Both the position numbers and the translations under genes were made by a program. This document shows, one piece after another, positions 36,925 through 47,186 of a stretch of 47,319 nt of DNA. Each line of letters begins with the position of its first letter. The stretch's first letter is position 1. Under the pieces are notes generated by a model that saw only the letters and a program-made list of their open reading frames with translations, did not search any database and was not told the DNA's origin. This DNA comes from Oculatellaceae cyanobacterium bins.114 (GTDB lineage: Bacteria > Cyanobacteriota > Cyanobacteriia > Elainellales > Elainellaceae): NCBI GenBank assembly GCA_033764315.1, contig JANRJA010000006.1, forward strand, positions 1 to 47,319, given 5' to 3'.

Positions 36925-36985
36925 GGTTATGGTGAATGGTCAAGGGTCAATAGTCAATGGTTAATGAGTCGATGGTTGATGCTGA
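36925..36985 (+). repeat. Heptamer short tandem repeats (STRR-like)
   Basis: GTGAATG GTCAAGG GTCAATA GTCAATG GTTAATG. Similar tracts lie near 6700-6780, 7066-7112, 35210-35245 and 42095-42150. Confidence 0.6.
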
Positions 36986-37297
36986 ATGGGGATGTAGGCT
37001 TGACGATTGACAAAGTTAACAGCGATTGATACTAGATCGCCAACAATTTTAGATCGCTAACAATCGACGATGAATGATTTACGGATAATATAGTAAACCT
37101 GCCCATCTCACAGTTGATTTAAGACGGCAATAGTATGGCTAATATATTGATGATTAACGATTAATCGATCAATAACTACCTTATCTTTTACCTATCCTTC
37201 CCTGTTTTGTTTCATTTTTCATCTTTCATTCTTTAAATTCCCTCTTCCCTCTTCCCTCTTCCCGTGGCACATTGATTAAAGTCATGAGGATCACATT

Positions 37298-37993
37298 GTG
37301 TATCTGTTAATTCCAGCGGCAGGATCAGGGCGACGGATGGGGAGCGATCGCAACAAATTGCTCTTGCCACTCTTAAATCGACCGCTACTGGCATGGACAT
37401 TGTTAGCCGCTAAACAATCGCAGCACATCCACTGGATTGGCATCATCGGTCAACCCAATGATTGGCAAGACTTTAAGGATATTGTTACCAGTTTGGAATT
37501 GACAAAAATGGTGCATTTTATTCCAGGAGGGGCAACGCGCCAAGAATCGGTTTATCGCGGTTTACAAGGGCTTCCGGCGATCGCCGAGCGGGTGTTGATT
37601 CACGATGGGGCACGCTGTCTCGCCACACCAGAGTTGTTCGATCGCTGTACCGAGGCGTTGATGAACTGTTCAGGACTGATTGCAGCCATTCCTGTAAAAG
37701 ACACGATTAAGGTGGTTTCCTCAAGTAGCCGCTTGATCGAAGACACCCCTGATCGCAGTCGCTTGTGGGCGGCTCAAACCCCTCAAGGGTTTGCCGTTGA
37801 GCCGCTGTTGCGCTGTCACAAAGAGGGAATTCGTCAGCAGTGGGAAGTTACTGATGATGCTGCTTTGTTTGAGCAGTGCGGTTTGCCCGTGCAGATTGTT
37901 GAGGGTGAAGAAACCAACCTCAAAGTAACGACTCCTGTTGATTTGGCGATCGCTGAGTTTATTTTACGTCAGCGTCTTCAGCCTTCGGCATGA
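37298..37993 (+). CDS. ispD: 2-C-methyl-D-erythritol 4-phosphate cytidylyltransferase
   Basis: LIPAAGSGRRMG...NKLL, GGATRQESV, VLIHDGARC, AAQTPQGF and NLKVTTPVDL. Confidence 0.95.
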   Translation: MYLLIPAAGSGRRMGSDRNKLLLPLLNRPLLAWTLLAAKQSQHIHWIGIIGQPNDWQDFKDIVTSLELTKMVHFIPGGATRQESVYRGLQGLPAIAERVLIHDGARCLATPELFDRCTEALMNCSGLIAAIPVKDTIKVVSSSSRLIEDTPDRSRLWAAQTPQGFAVEPLLRCHKEGIRQQWEVTDDAALFEQCGLPVQIVEGEETNLKVTTPVDLAIAEFILRQRLQPSA

Positions 37994-39992
37994 TCCACGG
38001 TTGACTGGCTAAAAAGCGAATTGGGCTTCCTTTTACCATCATCTCGATCTCGGTTTTGATCACCTCATCTGAGAGAAATGGGCTGGCAGTCAACAAAAAT
38101 TTGAGAATTTGAAAGGATCGGGTTTGGGTTTGAAAATAACCCCCGTGAATATCCAGACGATTGATGCCTGTTGTAGTGCCTAAGCCAAACCAGGCCATGT
38201 TGAGCGCATCGATCAGCAATCCGTTAATCCCATTTAGTTTGAGGGGCACGCTATTGACCCCACCATCTCTGCCAGAGCCACCCATCTCAGAGCAGTCTAG
38301 ATAGTTGAACTTGCGAAACAGATCATAAGACGATGTAGGTTGCACTGCCTTTTCTGAGTGCAGCATGATCCGAATGTAGGGGAGATATTCTGGAATCGTG
38401 GGCTGCTCAAGACTGGCACCATTTCCGCGCCTAAAAGAATTGCGTTTCCGTCGTTTTCCGGGTTTGACGTTAGAGACTTCTCGCAAATAGACATTGCCCA
38501 ATCGTAGCCCTGCCATTTGAATGCTCGGTTCAATAAACCAGTTTGCCAGGGTTGAGAGATAGCGTAAAACAAAGTCGCGATCGCTTGACATCAAATAAAT
38601 CCGCCGACATCGGTGCATTGCTGATCGCACGTAGTTGTTTCGCCCCTCGCGCAAAAACTCTAAGGGAATGTCAGGGGATGCCAAGATCAGCTTATCGAGT
38701 TCCAGATGCTTGCCAATATCGTCGGTTTCGTCTTCATTGAAGCTCAAGATAGAGTCAGGTTTGAGGATGCCATGCTCATCTTTGCCAAAACGGTCAGACA
38801 AAATTCGCAACATGTTGACAACCACCAGTGCCCCCATGCTGTGTCCTAAAAGATTGACTTTGATGCGCCGCTCTCGATCAGATTTGCCATTTTGGTCAGG
38901 TTTCACGGCCCAGTTTTCAGGTTTATCTAAGGCTGTGTCGAGTCGCCAAAAAAACTCTGCTAGATCGGGTGCGCCATAGTGAATCGCCCGATAGCGATCG
39001 CGCTGATAGACCACAATGCGAAGCAACAAAAACAGCAGCAACCACAGCATAAAAATGGTAGGAATCAGCCAATGCAATTGCACGGCATATTCAGCTACCG
39101 TGCCCATATGACTCCATCGCCAGAGTGGAGCCAAAGGTGGAAATCGCTCTGGCAACATCAAAATAGGAAGACCAACAATCCACAAAAACAAGTAAAGCAG
39201 CGTGCCAAAGATGCCTGACAACGCACTTAGCACCAGCAAAAACTTTAAGACAATGCCGGGTGCTTTGCGATAGTCTTTCCACAAACCGGGGCTAGTGATG
39301 GGTTGTTCACTGGGCCAATGATAGCCAACGTAAAAGTGATCAGAGGTTAGAGGTGGAGTCCCTGTTTGATTGGGGTCTGAGTTCAGCCCATTGGCCTCAT
39401 CTCTAAAGATCTGATAAAACCCAGCCGCAGGGTTGGAATAACCGTGAGTACGCAGGGTTAACCGCTTAACGTCATGAGCATGAACAATTTTGGCAAGTTC
39501 ATCCACATTAAATAGAGGCCGAAAGCGATCGCTCGGTGGTAAGACCCGATCGACGTCTAAAGAAATGGGTGCGGTGCTGACGACTAAGAATGTGTTGGAG
39601 AGAGTGCGATCGGCATAGACATCAAAGTTGCGACTGATAGCTTGGGCAAACTGTTTAGCTTTCCAAGCATTCAGAGTGTTGATAACAAAGGATTCAGTCA
39701 CCTGACGGTCAAAATCAGGATGCTGTGTTAAATCGACCCCATCTCTCAAAAAACGGACAATTTCGGCTTCGGATAGCCCTGCATAGGTAAGCTTACCCTC
39801 TGTCGTTAAGCTCTCTGCACCGGGTGGAGGCAAATAGGCAAGTTGAACAATCCGAGCTTTAGCCCACCCGTCGGATAGCGGAGCAGAATTTCGAGTAATG
39901 GATTCTAGCCAGTTGCGATCGTTTTGAATGGTTTGCTCTGACTTGCCCTGCCAAGAGAAGGGAGGACGATCGTAAAGGCGTTTAGTATCCAT
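37959..39992 (-). CDS. Membrane-anchored alpha/beta hydrolase (DUF900-like)
   Basis: THGYSN, GYHWPS, LLGHSMG nucleophile elbow, LILASPDI and C-terminal HGGYF, with two to three TM segments inserted. Confidence 0.75.
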   Translation of the reverse strand: MDTKRLYDRPPFSWQGKSEQTIQNDRNWLESITRNSAPLSDGWAKARIVQLAYLPPPGAESLTTEGKLTYAGLSEAEIVRFLRDGVDLTQHPDFDRQVTESFVINTLNAWKAKQFAQAISRNFDVYADRTLSNTFLVVSTAPISLDVDRVLPPSDRFRPLFNVDELAKIVHAHDVKRLTLRTHGYSNPAAGFYQIFRDEANGLNSDPNQTGTPPLTSDHFYVGYHWPSEQPITSPGLWKDYRKAPGIVLKFLLVLSALSGIFGTLLYLFLWIVGLPILMLPERFPPLAPLWRWSHMGTVAEYAVQLHWLIPTIFMLWLLLFLLLRIVVYQRDRYRAIHYGAPDLAEFFWRLDTALDKPENWAVKPDQNGKSDRERRIKVNLLGHSMGALVVVNMLRILSDRFGKDEHGILKPDSILSFNEDETDDIGKHLELDKLILASPDIPLEFLREGRNNYVRSAMHRCRRIYLMSSDRDFVLRYLSTLANWFIEPSIQMAGLRLGNVYLREVSNVKPGKRRKRNSFRRGNGASLEQPTIPEYLPYIRIMLHSEKAVQPTSSYDLFRKFNYLDCSEMGGSGRDGGVNSVPLKLNGINGLLIDALNMAWFGLGTTTGINRLDIHGGYFQTQTRSFQILKFLLTASPFLSDEVIKTEIEMMVKGSPIRFLASQPWIMPKAEDADVK

Positions 39993-40094
39993 AAGGTAAT
40001 CCCAAAACGATATGGAGTGAAAGGCTCATACGAGTGTCTGTAGGTTAGATTAGTAACCTTTTAACAGGTATTGTCAATCACAGCCACATAGAAA

Positions 40095-41207
40095 TTAAAG
40101 GTCTCGCAAAATTGCCTCGACGGTATCTACTCCTTCAGTGTTCTGTTGTTGTCGATATAAATCGCGGGCTGTTTCTAACGCTGCCACGGCCTCTTGGTTG
40201 CGTTCTCGTCCCTGTAGGGCTAAGCCTAAGTGGTAATAACCATCTGGATCTTGGGGGGCTAACTCAACCACTCGGCGATAAGCGACGATCGCCCGTAAAT
40301 AGTCTTGTTGTTCCAGCAATATTTCACCAATCAGTTCATGCGCTTGCACCGAGGTAGCATCCGCAGAAATTGCCTGTTGATAATATTGAATGGCGCGATC
40401 GACATCTCCTTGAGACCGCAAAATATTCCCGATTTGCAGATGAATTTGAGCATTTCTCGGTTCTAAATCAGCGGCCCGTTTGAGAGCCACCAATCCTTCA
40501 TCCACATCTCCTAGGCTCAATAGAGCCACACCCAAATTGATTTGAATGCTGCCTCGTCGAGGTGCCAGATCAGCCGCTTGTTTCAGAATATTGACGGCCT
40601 CTTGAAAGCGTCCCTGCTGAATATAGACGGCTCCCATAAACTCAAAGACCTGAGTGTTGTTGGGACGGAGTGAAATCACTTGTTGATAAGCTCGCAACGC
40701 GCCATCATAGTCTCCTTCACGGGTCAACACAACCCCCAATCCCAAAAATGCTTCAACATTGTTGGGATCTAACTCAGTGGCACGACGATAGGCACTAGCT
40801 GCCGCTTCATAGTCCCCTAAATTTGCCAAGCTAAAGCCAAGGGCATATTGAAAATTGGCATTTCGATTATCTAGAGCGATCGCCCGCTGATAGGCATCAA
40901 CCGCCTCTGGAAAATTGCTCTGACGCGCGTAGCAAAACCCGATGGCTGAAAAAATGCGGGCGTTGTCTGAGTCTAAAGCGGCGGCTTCGCGGTAAGTGAT
41001 GATTGCTCCTGCACAATCATTGGCATCAACTAACTCACGCCCACGCCGCAGCAGGTCATTGATTTGTTGAGTACTGTTTTGAGCAATGTTTTCTGCCAGA
41101 GAAGGATCTGGACTTGCCGTTGGAGTTTGGGCGATCGCGACTGGTGGAACGAGTGTTGCCACTCCTCCCATCACGCAGAGGCTCACCATCAGAAGGAATC
41201 TATTCAC
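40095..41207 (-). CDS. Exported tetratricopeptide repeat protein
   Basis: Signal peptide followed by about 9 TPR units (A...Y..A..LDP.N). Confidence 0.9.
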   Translation of the reverse strand: MNRFLLMVSLCVMGGVATLVPPVAIAQTPTASPDPSLAENIAQNSTQQINDLLRRGRELVDANDCAGAIITYREAAALDSDNARIFSAIGFCYARQSNFPEAVDAYQRAIALDNRNANFQYALGFSLANLGDYEAAASAYRRATELDPNNVEAFLGLGVVLTREGDYDGALRAYQQVISLRPNNTQVFEFMGAVYIQQGRFQEAVNILKQAADLAPRRGSIQINLGVALLSLGDVDEGLVALKRAADLEPRNAQIHLQIGNILRSQGDVDRAIQYYQQAISADATSVQAHELIGEILLEQQDYLRAIVAYRRVVELAPQDPDGYYHLGLALQGRERNQEAVAALETARDLYRQQQNTEGVDTVEAILRDL

Positions 41208-41501
41208 GGTTAACTGTCCTGTGCTCTCCTTTATCCTTTGTGATGTTTTCTGAAATAGCTCAGATTGTCAATGCATTACACAAATCCGCATTTGAAATCA
41301 GGGAAATTATTGAACTTTATTTTCTCTCATGTTGATTTTTTAGCCTTATAAGCACAAAATCTATGAGATTGTAAGGGTTGTAAGCATTGATGGAGGTTAG
41401 AAAATTGATTTGGTTAAACAAGTATGAGTATCTTGTCCGCAAGCGAGACGCCCGCATTACGGAATTGCCAAATTATTTCCTTAATCGCCATCAACGCTTG
41501 T

Positions 41502-41586
41502 TATGGCGACTGTCAAGCCGGTTAATGCGAGGGGGTGTGGGGGCAAAACCCCCGTACCTCGTTCTAACCAACTCTTGAGTTGCTAC
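41502..41586 (-). mobile_element. MITE-like dispersed repeat, family A, copy 3
   Basis: The reverse complement GTAGCAACTCAAGAGTTGGTTAGAACGAGGTACGGGGGTTTTGCCCC...TTGACAGTCGCCATA matches copies 1 and 2. Confidence 0.6.
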
Positions 41587-41616
41587 AAGTACTCACATTG
41601 ATGTAGGAGTCAAGGC

Positions 41617-41952
41617 ATGATTTTATCAACAACTGATGTAATTCAGGGAGCAATCGTCGAAACCTATTTAGGAGTCGTCACCGCTGAGGTCGTCTACGGC
41701 AGCAATGCCCTACGTGACTTTTTTGCCGGAATTCGAGATATTGTGGGTGGTCGCACTGCCAGTTATGAGCACGTGTTTGAACGGGGACAACGAGAAGCCT
41801 TGGAAGAACTGGCCGACCGAGCTAATCGTTTGGGTGCTAACGCAGTAATCGGCATCGAAGTAGACACTGGCACGATCAACGTCGATCAAGCGGGAGTGCT
41901 CTTGCTCATCACCGCCACAGGAACGGCTGTGAAACTGCAAGGTAATTATTAA
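41617..41952 (+). CDS. YbjQ / UPF0145 family protein
   Basis: MILSTTDVIQG...LRDFFAGIRDIVGGR...GANAVIGI...TATGTAV, with AGGAG upstream. Confidence 0.9.
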   Translation: MILSTTDVIQGAIVETYLGVVTAEVVYGSNALRDFFAGIRDIVGGRTASYEHVFERGQREALEELADRANRLGANAVIGIEVDTGTINVDQAGVLLLITATGTAVKLQGNY

Positions 41953-42190
41953 GAGCTTGAGGGAGGAGGAGGGTAAAGGGTCATCATAGCTCTACCGCAT
42001 CAGGGCATAGCATTTGAAAACGTTGATGGCGATCAAAGGCTACACCCCAAAACCCCTAACCTTCTCCACCCAAATAACCTCTGACCCATCACCTAGTGAC
42101 AAATGACCATTAGCCAGTGACCCATGACTAATGACAATTGCCCCGTGACAGACTCCTGACACGATTAACCCCAACTACTAACTTTTACGT

Positions 42191-42937
42191 TTAACTCTTA
42201 CGTTCAGCAGGTTTGCTAGAGGTAGAGGGGCGAGGTGCAACAGTGGGGGCGGTCTTCGGGGGGGTGGTCTTCGGGGGGATAGGAGACTCAACCTGGAGTT
42301 GTTGACGACCGTTGCGAATAACTCGCATCATTTCAGCTAATTGTTGCTCCATGTCACGCAAGACACTGTCAGCGTAAGCATCTGCCCCGGCTTGAATTTC
42401 TTCAGCCTCAGCGATCGCCCGTCGTCGAATTTCCTCTAAATCCTGTTGAGCTTGTCGCCGCATTCGCTCAATTTCAGCCAGGGTTTGGTCTTGAGCCGCC
42501 TCACATTCCTGTTTCATCTGTTGGCGAATCTGATTAACCTCTAACTCTGCCTGCCTGACCAAATTGGTCTCATCTAAAATTTGAGCGGCTCGCCGTTCAG
42601 CCGTCTCAATAATTTCCTGGGCATATTGCTCTGCCTCTAAGAGAATTTCCTCTTTTTGACGTACTAGCTCAACGGCTTCTTGAAAGGCGGGTGGAAGGTT
42701 GATCCGAATTAGATCTAATTGATCTAAAAACTGCTCCTCATCCACCAGTGTTCGCCGGCTCAGTGGAATCCGAGGACTGTCCAAGATCATCTCTTCCAGT
42801 TTGTTGAGTTCACGCGCAATATCTACACCCCCGACTCGTGTTGCCTCTCCATAGGAAACGGAGTTGGAGGATGCTCCTGCAATAGGGTTGGTTCCATTGC
42901 GATCGGGGGTGATACTGGGGGATTCTTGGCGTAGCAT
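42191..42937 (-). CDS. cdv3: DivIVA-like cell division protein (Cdv3)
   Basis: [22 protein letters not shown] followed by a long coiled coil, directly downstream of coaD, which is the conserved cyanobacterial arrangement. Confidence 0.75.
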   Translation of the reverse strand: MLRQESPSITPDRNGTNPIAGASSNSVSYGEATRVGGVDIARELNKLEEMILDSPRIPLSRRTLVDEEQFLDQLDLIRINLPPAFQEAVELVRQKEEILLEAEQYAQEIIETAERRAAQILDETNLVRQAELEVNQIRQQMKQECEAAQDQTLAEIERMRRQAQQDLEEIRRRAIAEAEEIQAGADAYADSVLRDMEQQLAEMMRVIRNGRQQLQVESPIPPKTTPPKTAPTVAPRPSTSSKPAERKS

Positions 42938-43398
42938 CGGTGAATATCCAAAGCAACAGGTTGAGGAACGAGGTGATCAACGGGACCTCCAAACTTGGCA
43001 ATCTCCTTAACAAGACTGCTGCTAAGGAAACTGTATTCGTTTGAGGTCGCTAGGAAAACAGTTTCGACATCGTCAGAAAGGGTCTTATTAGTGTGCGCCA
43101 TTTGCAGCTCTTTCTCAAAATCTGAGAGAACTCTCAGGCCCCGCAATAACACCCCTGCTTTCCGCATTCTTGCATAGGTTACAGTCAAGCCGTCAAAGCT
43201 GTCTACCTCCACATTAGAGAGATGACTGGTTGACAGGCGAATCTGCTCTAACCGTTTTTGAATTGTGAATAAGGGGGTCTTACTCACATTTCGAGATACA
43301 ACGACGATCACGGTGTCATAAAGGCGACAACCGCGCTCAATGACATCTAAATGCCCCAATGTAATTGGGTCAAAGCTACCTGGGTAGACTGCAATCAC
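42823..43398 (-). CDS. coaD: Phosphopantetheine adenylyltransferase
   Basis: [31 protein letters not shown] and [11 protein letters not shown]. Confidence 0.96.
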   Translation of the reverse strand: MIAVYPGSFDPITLGHLDVIERGCRLYDTVIVVVSRNVSKTPLFTIQKRLEQIRLSTSHLSNVEVDSFDGLTVTYARMRKAGVLLRGLRVLSDFEKELQMAHTNKTLSDDVETVFLATSNEYSFLSSSLVKEIAKFGGPVDHLVPQPVALDIHRCYAKNPPVSPPIAMEPTLLQEHPPTPFPMERQHESGV

Positions 43399-43522
43399 AG
43401 CGGTGTGAGTTAAATTTCTAACTGGCTGAAGCGATCATTATACCGAATGCCCTGACCCTCATTCTGGAGGTGTCAAGTCATTATACAGGGAAGCCTATTT
43501 GTTCACGCAACGTTTTTATAGC

Positions 43523-45676
43523 CTACACCTCCAGGGTAATGGTTTGGATGGCGGGGATCGCTCGATTTACAAGAGTTAGCAGGGGGCCATTTTGTTCTTG
43601 TCCATTGGTTGCCAGGTCACTATGGCAGAGATAGAGTCGATGACTGACCCGTCCCAGCAAGTCTAGCAACTGTCGGTGCAACCGTTGCTGATCAAAGTCC
43701 AACGCATCACTAGCCGTCCATGCCCGCCCTGACCACTGTTGTAAAAATAAGGGTGCCCCAAACAAGGCTCCTCCCCCGGTTAACCATAGCGATGAGCCTG
43801 CATCTAGCCAAAACTGCCAGCGGTGAGCCCGCCGATTAGAGCGATATTGAAAGATCGTTGCCAAGGTTACTGCCTGACTCGTGAACCCTACAGGACGAGC
43901 GGGATAAGGATCTGCTGTAATCGTGCCATTGCGTAAAAGTTGGACGAATTGACCCACGGCGACACTGGTTGGCAACTCCGATCGCTCTTGAGTCCCCCAT
44001 CGAGCGGTGCTTTGGCGGAGTCGCCGATCAACATCCCAATAGTGCTGAGCCGTTTCCATTAACTCCCGCAGGGCGGCTAATTGGTCGTAGGGTAAATGGC
44101 TACCGCCATAGAGAAATTGTTGAATAGCGCGATCGAGCAACGTTACCGGACTGGGGATTAGCCGTTGCTGCTGTTGCAGGATTTGTGCCTCTAACCATTG
44201 CAAGATCTCAGCATAGGATTGAGCGGCTCGATAACCCAGGCGATCCCACCGAGGAAAATGGGTCGCCGATAACAACTGGGGGCGATCGCGATCGGGAACA
44301 AAGCAATGGTCAGTCAACAACCCTGCCCGCGCCGGATCAATAGCGGCTAACTCTAACCCTGTTTGCCCCTCAAATACAGCAGGTTGGCTTAAGACCACTA
44401 ACATTTCAGCGATCGCATCTTGCGTCAGTAGGTGCCCCAAACCAGGGTAGACGAGGGCTAACAGAGTTAACAGGGCGCGCACCATCGCTGAACTGACCAA
44501 GGGCTGTTGATCGCTGAGGGACTCAACCGCAATCCCCCGATTCATCAAAATTTCCTTAAGAGTGTAGCGGGCGATCGCATCCACACCCGGACCAATCACG
44601 GCAACATCTTGGGGTTGCACCTGCCGCGAATGAATGGCATGAACGATCGTCTCAGCAGTTTGACGCAGCAATTGTGCTCTAGAGGTTGTTTGAATACCTT
44701 GAATAGCCTCTGGTAAATCGGGCAGCAAAAATGGCTCACCGACCCAACCCACGATCTCAGTGCCCCATTGTGATCCCAAAGAGTTGTCTGCCGTCTGAGT
44801 ACACAGTTCAACTTGACAGCGTTCAGCTAAGGTCGCCAGATGCTCTGGATCGGCTCCTAACCCCAATCGCAAGGCCCCATCTGGGTTGAAGGTAAAGCAC
44901 CCTGGAATACCGTGGTCGAGCAACGTTGTAAACAGAGTCTGAGCGATCGCCGGATATTCATCGACATCATCGGCAAAAAGGGTGTTGTAGCGGCGCAACA
45001 AGTGCTGCTGATAGGTGGCATCGGGTAACAGATGACGCCCATACAACTCGGTGATAATGCCATAGGTCAGCAACCCCCGCTCTAAGCACCAACCTCGCCA
45101 GTGCAGTAATGCCTCGCCAATGCACTCCCACAAGTCGTCAGAGCCACCCTCTTGCCCCGCAAACCCCTCTTTGAGAAGGGTGGCAATATCTTCAGTCGGC
45201 ACCTCCCCTAACGCTGCAAGTTGCAACAAATCAAGCGATCGCCGCACTAAATAATATTCTGGGACTCCTTCTTGGCGTAGTCTGCCATTGTCCAGTTCAT
45301 CGCGCCATAACTGAGTAGCCAGTTCCTGCTCGGTTTCAGGACGGAGTCGCAGGGGAAACTGGGCAGGAAGACCCAACTTTTCAACTAACAAGGGATAAAA
45401 CAAGACCACTTCATCCTGAAAAAAACCTAAAGGAGTAGTCGAGTCAAAAGGCACTTTCCCCTGCGTTGCCTCTGCCAAGCGATCGGCTAATTCAAGGCGA
45501 TTGTCCCCGTTGGCCGCAAAGACCAGGGCGATCGCGGCAGATATTGACTGGGGCGCGATCTGGGGTGCGATTGGGGGAGGTTGTGCCCGATCACAAAACC
45601 GCTCAACCAGGCGCGTTGTTTTGCCACTCTGGGCAGGACCACTCATCCAAATAGAATCAAGAGACACCAATTTCAC
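43523..45676 (-). CDS. Conserved cyanobacterial P-loop protein with degenerate UvrD/SF1 helicase-like motifs
   Basis: GPAQSGKT (Walker A), LFADDVDEY (Walker B-like), VQPQDVAVIGP and VTLATIFQYR. Confidence 0.65.
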   Translation of the reverse strand: MKLVSLDSIWMSGPAQSGKTTRLVERFCDRAQPPPIAPQIAPQSISAAIALVFAANGDNRLELADRLAEATQGKVPFDSTTPLGFFQDEVVLFYPLLVEKLGLPAQFPLRLRPETEQELATQLWRDELDNGRLRQEGVPEYYLVRRSLDLLQLAALGEVPTEDIATLLKEGFAGQEGGSDDLWECIGEALLHWRGWCLERGLLTYGIITELYGRHLLPDATYQQHLLRRYNTLFADDVDEYPAIAQTLFTTLLDHGIPGCFTFNPDGALRLGLGADPEHLATLAERCQVELCTQTADNSLGSQWGTEIVGWVGEPFLLPDLPEAIQGIQTTSRAQLLRQTAETIVHAIHSRQVQPQDVAVIGPGVDAIARYTLKEILMNRGIAVESLSDQQPLVSSAMVRALLTLLALVYPGLGHLLTQDAIAEMLVVLSQPAVFEGQTGLELAAIDPARAGLLTDHCFVPDRDRPQLLSATHFPRWDRLGYRAAQSYAEILQWLEAQILQQQQRLIPSPVTLLDRAIQQFLYGGSHLPYDQLAALRELMETAQHYWDVDRRLRQSTARWGTQERSELPTSVAVGQFVQLLRNGTITADPYPARPVGFTSQAVTLATIFQYRSNRRAHRWQFWLDAGSSLWLTGGGALFGAPLFLQQWSGRAWTASDALDFDQQRLHRQLLDLLGRVSHRLYLCHSDLATNGQEQNGPLLTLVNRAIPAIQTITLEV

Positions 45677-45839
45677 TTTGATACACTTGTTATGATCCTA
45701 ACTACTAGATTCTTAAAATTTTAGGAGTAGTGTCATATCTTGCCGTTCTTTGAGAAAAAACTTTAGCGGCATCTCCATCTCATCCACCTGGTTAAAGATA
45801 CATATTGAGACATATTAATGAATGCCGCTTGATTAACTT

Positions 45840-47186
45840 ATGAGAAGTCCCATTTTTTCAGCCCTTAGGGAGTATTTTCAAACTGCAAATCAATGGCTTT
45901 TAAAAACCCCTGAGCGGGCATTAGATGAAGCCTATGAAGCTGCTTTAATGATTAAGGCAATCGAAGATGCTCATTTTGGTGGAGGCAGAATATCACTTGA
46001 TTTTGGGAGCTATAGTCAAAGTGAGCGTGCCGTTTTTCAAGAAGACCTTAAAACAAATTTAAGTATTGTCAAAGTTAGATTGGCAGAATTTAGACTCAGT
46101 CGTTTAATCACGCGCATCTCAAACAGACCCATCACTGAGGTAGAAGAAGTCGAAGATGAAGAAGAAGGCTTGAGAATTAGCGTTATTGACAAGCAAGCCG
46201 TCATTCTCAGAAAACTCAGAATTATTGATGAGGTCATTGCTCGATATGAGAATGTTCCCTCTACTTCTTCCTTAATTGTGGTTCCAGAGTCAAGCCAGCT
46301 TGAACTCAATGGTCAAACTCCCCGCACGCCCAAAAGCCAATCGACAATGGTGAGAGCACAAACAGGGGCCGACGATACTGCATCCATTGTAGACAAAACA
46401 GGAGTTTTACCTCGCTCCATTCTCAAAACCGTTGATCGGATCAAACGAGAATTGGATCCCAAAGCTGAAGAAGAAGTGGTTGAAAATTTCCGCAACTCAA
46501 AAGCGAGAACGGTGATCTCGCTCAGACTTGTTTTGTTGCTGATCATTGCGCCCTTATTGGCGCAACAAATGACTAAAAACTTTTTAGTTGGTCCTATTGT
46601 GGATCACTTTAGAAATAATGAGAAAACAGAAATCTTTTTGAATGTTGAGATGGAGGAAGAAGCCTTAAGTGAGCTTCATCGGTTTGAGGAACGATTAAAG
46701 TTTAGCTCATTGATTGGGCAGGCTCCAGCATTAACCGAAGAAGAAACTGAGGCTCAAGTCCGAGAAAAAGCGGCTGAAATTAGAGAAGAATTTCGTTATC
46801 AAAGTAATGATGCTGTTAAGAATGTTTTTTCAGACCTTTTCTCTGTAATTGCGTTTGCAGCCATTATTCTGACCAGCAAACGAGAAATAGCTGTCCTTAA
46901 ATCATTTATTGATGAATTAGTGTATGGCTTAAGCGACAGTGCAAAAGCATTTATTATTATTTTGTTTACTGATACATTTGTTGGATTTCATTCTCCTCAC
47001 GGTTGGGAGGTGTTATTAGAAGGCATTGCTAAACACTTGGGATTGCCTGCTAATCGCAGCTTTATCTTTTTGTTTATTGCAACCTTCCCTGTTATTTTGG
47101 ACACCATCTTTAAATATTGGATCTTCCGGTATTTGAACCGAATTTCACCCTCAGCCGTTGCCACTTATCGCAATATGAATGAGTAG
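45840..47186 (+). CDS. pxcA: Proton extrusion protein (CemA family)
   Basis: TPERALDEAY and C-terminal GLSDSAKAFIIILFTD.FVGFHSPHGWE...IATFPVILDTIFKYWIFRYLNRISPSAVATY. Confidence 0.95.
   Translation: MRSPIFSALREYFQTANQWLLKTPERALDEAYEAALMIKAIEDAHFGGGRISLDFGSYSQSERAVFQEDLKTNLSIVKVRLAEFRLSRLITRISNRPITEVEEVEDEEEGLRISVIDKQAVILRKLRIIDEVIARYENVPSTSSLIVVPESSQLELNGQTPRTPKSQSTMVRAQTGADDTASIVDKTGVLPRSILKTVDRIKRELDPKAEEEVVENFRNSKARTVISLRLVLLLIIAPLLAQQMTKNFLVGPIVDHFRNNEKTEIFLNVEMEEEALSELHRFEERLKFSSLIGQAPALTEEETEAQVREKAAEIREEFRYQSNDAVKNVFSDLFSVIAFAAIILTSKREIAVLKSFIDELVYGLSDSAKAFIIILFTDTFVGFHSPHGWEVLLEGIAKHLGLPANRSFIFLFIATFPVILDTIFKYWIFRYLNRISPSAVATYRNMNE

Noticed and set aside
36790-37029. 79-aa ORF upstream of ispD
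   Set aside because: It is a translation of a MITE copy plus heptamer repeats.
11069-47186. Carbonic anhydrase, cmpABCD and pxcA as one carbon-concentrating cluster
   Set aside because: They are separated by more than 10 kb of unrelated genes each, with no evidence of linkage beyond chance.
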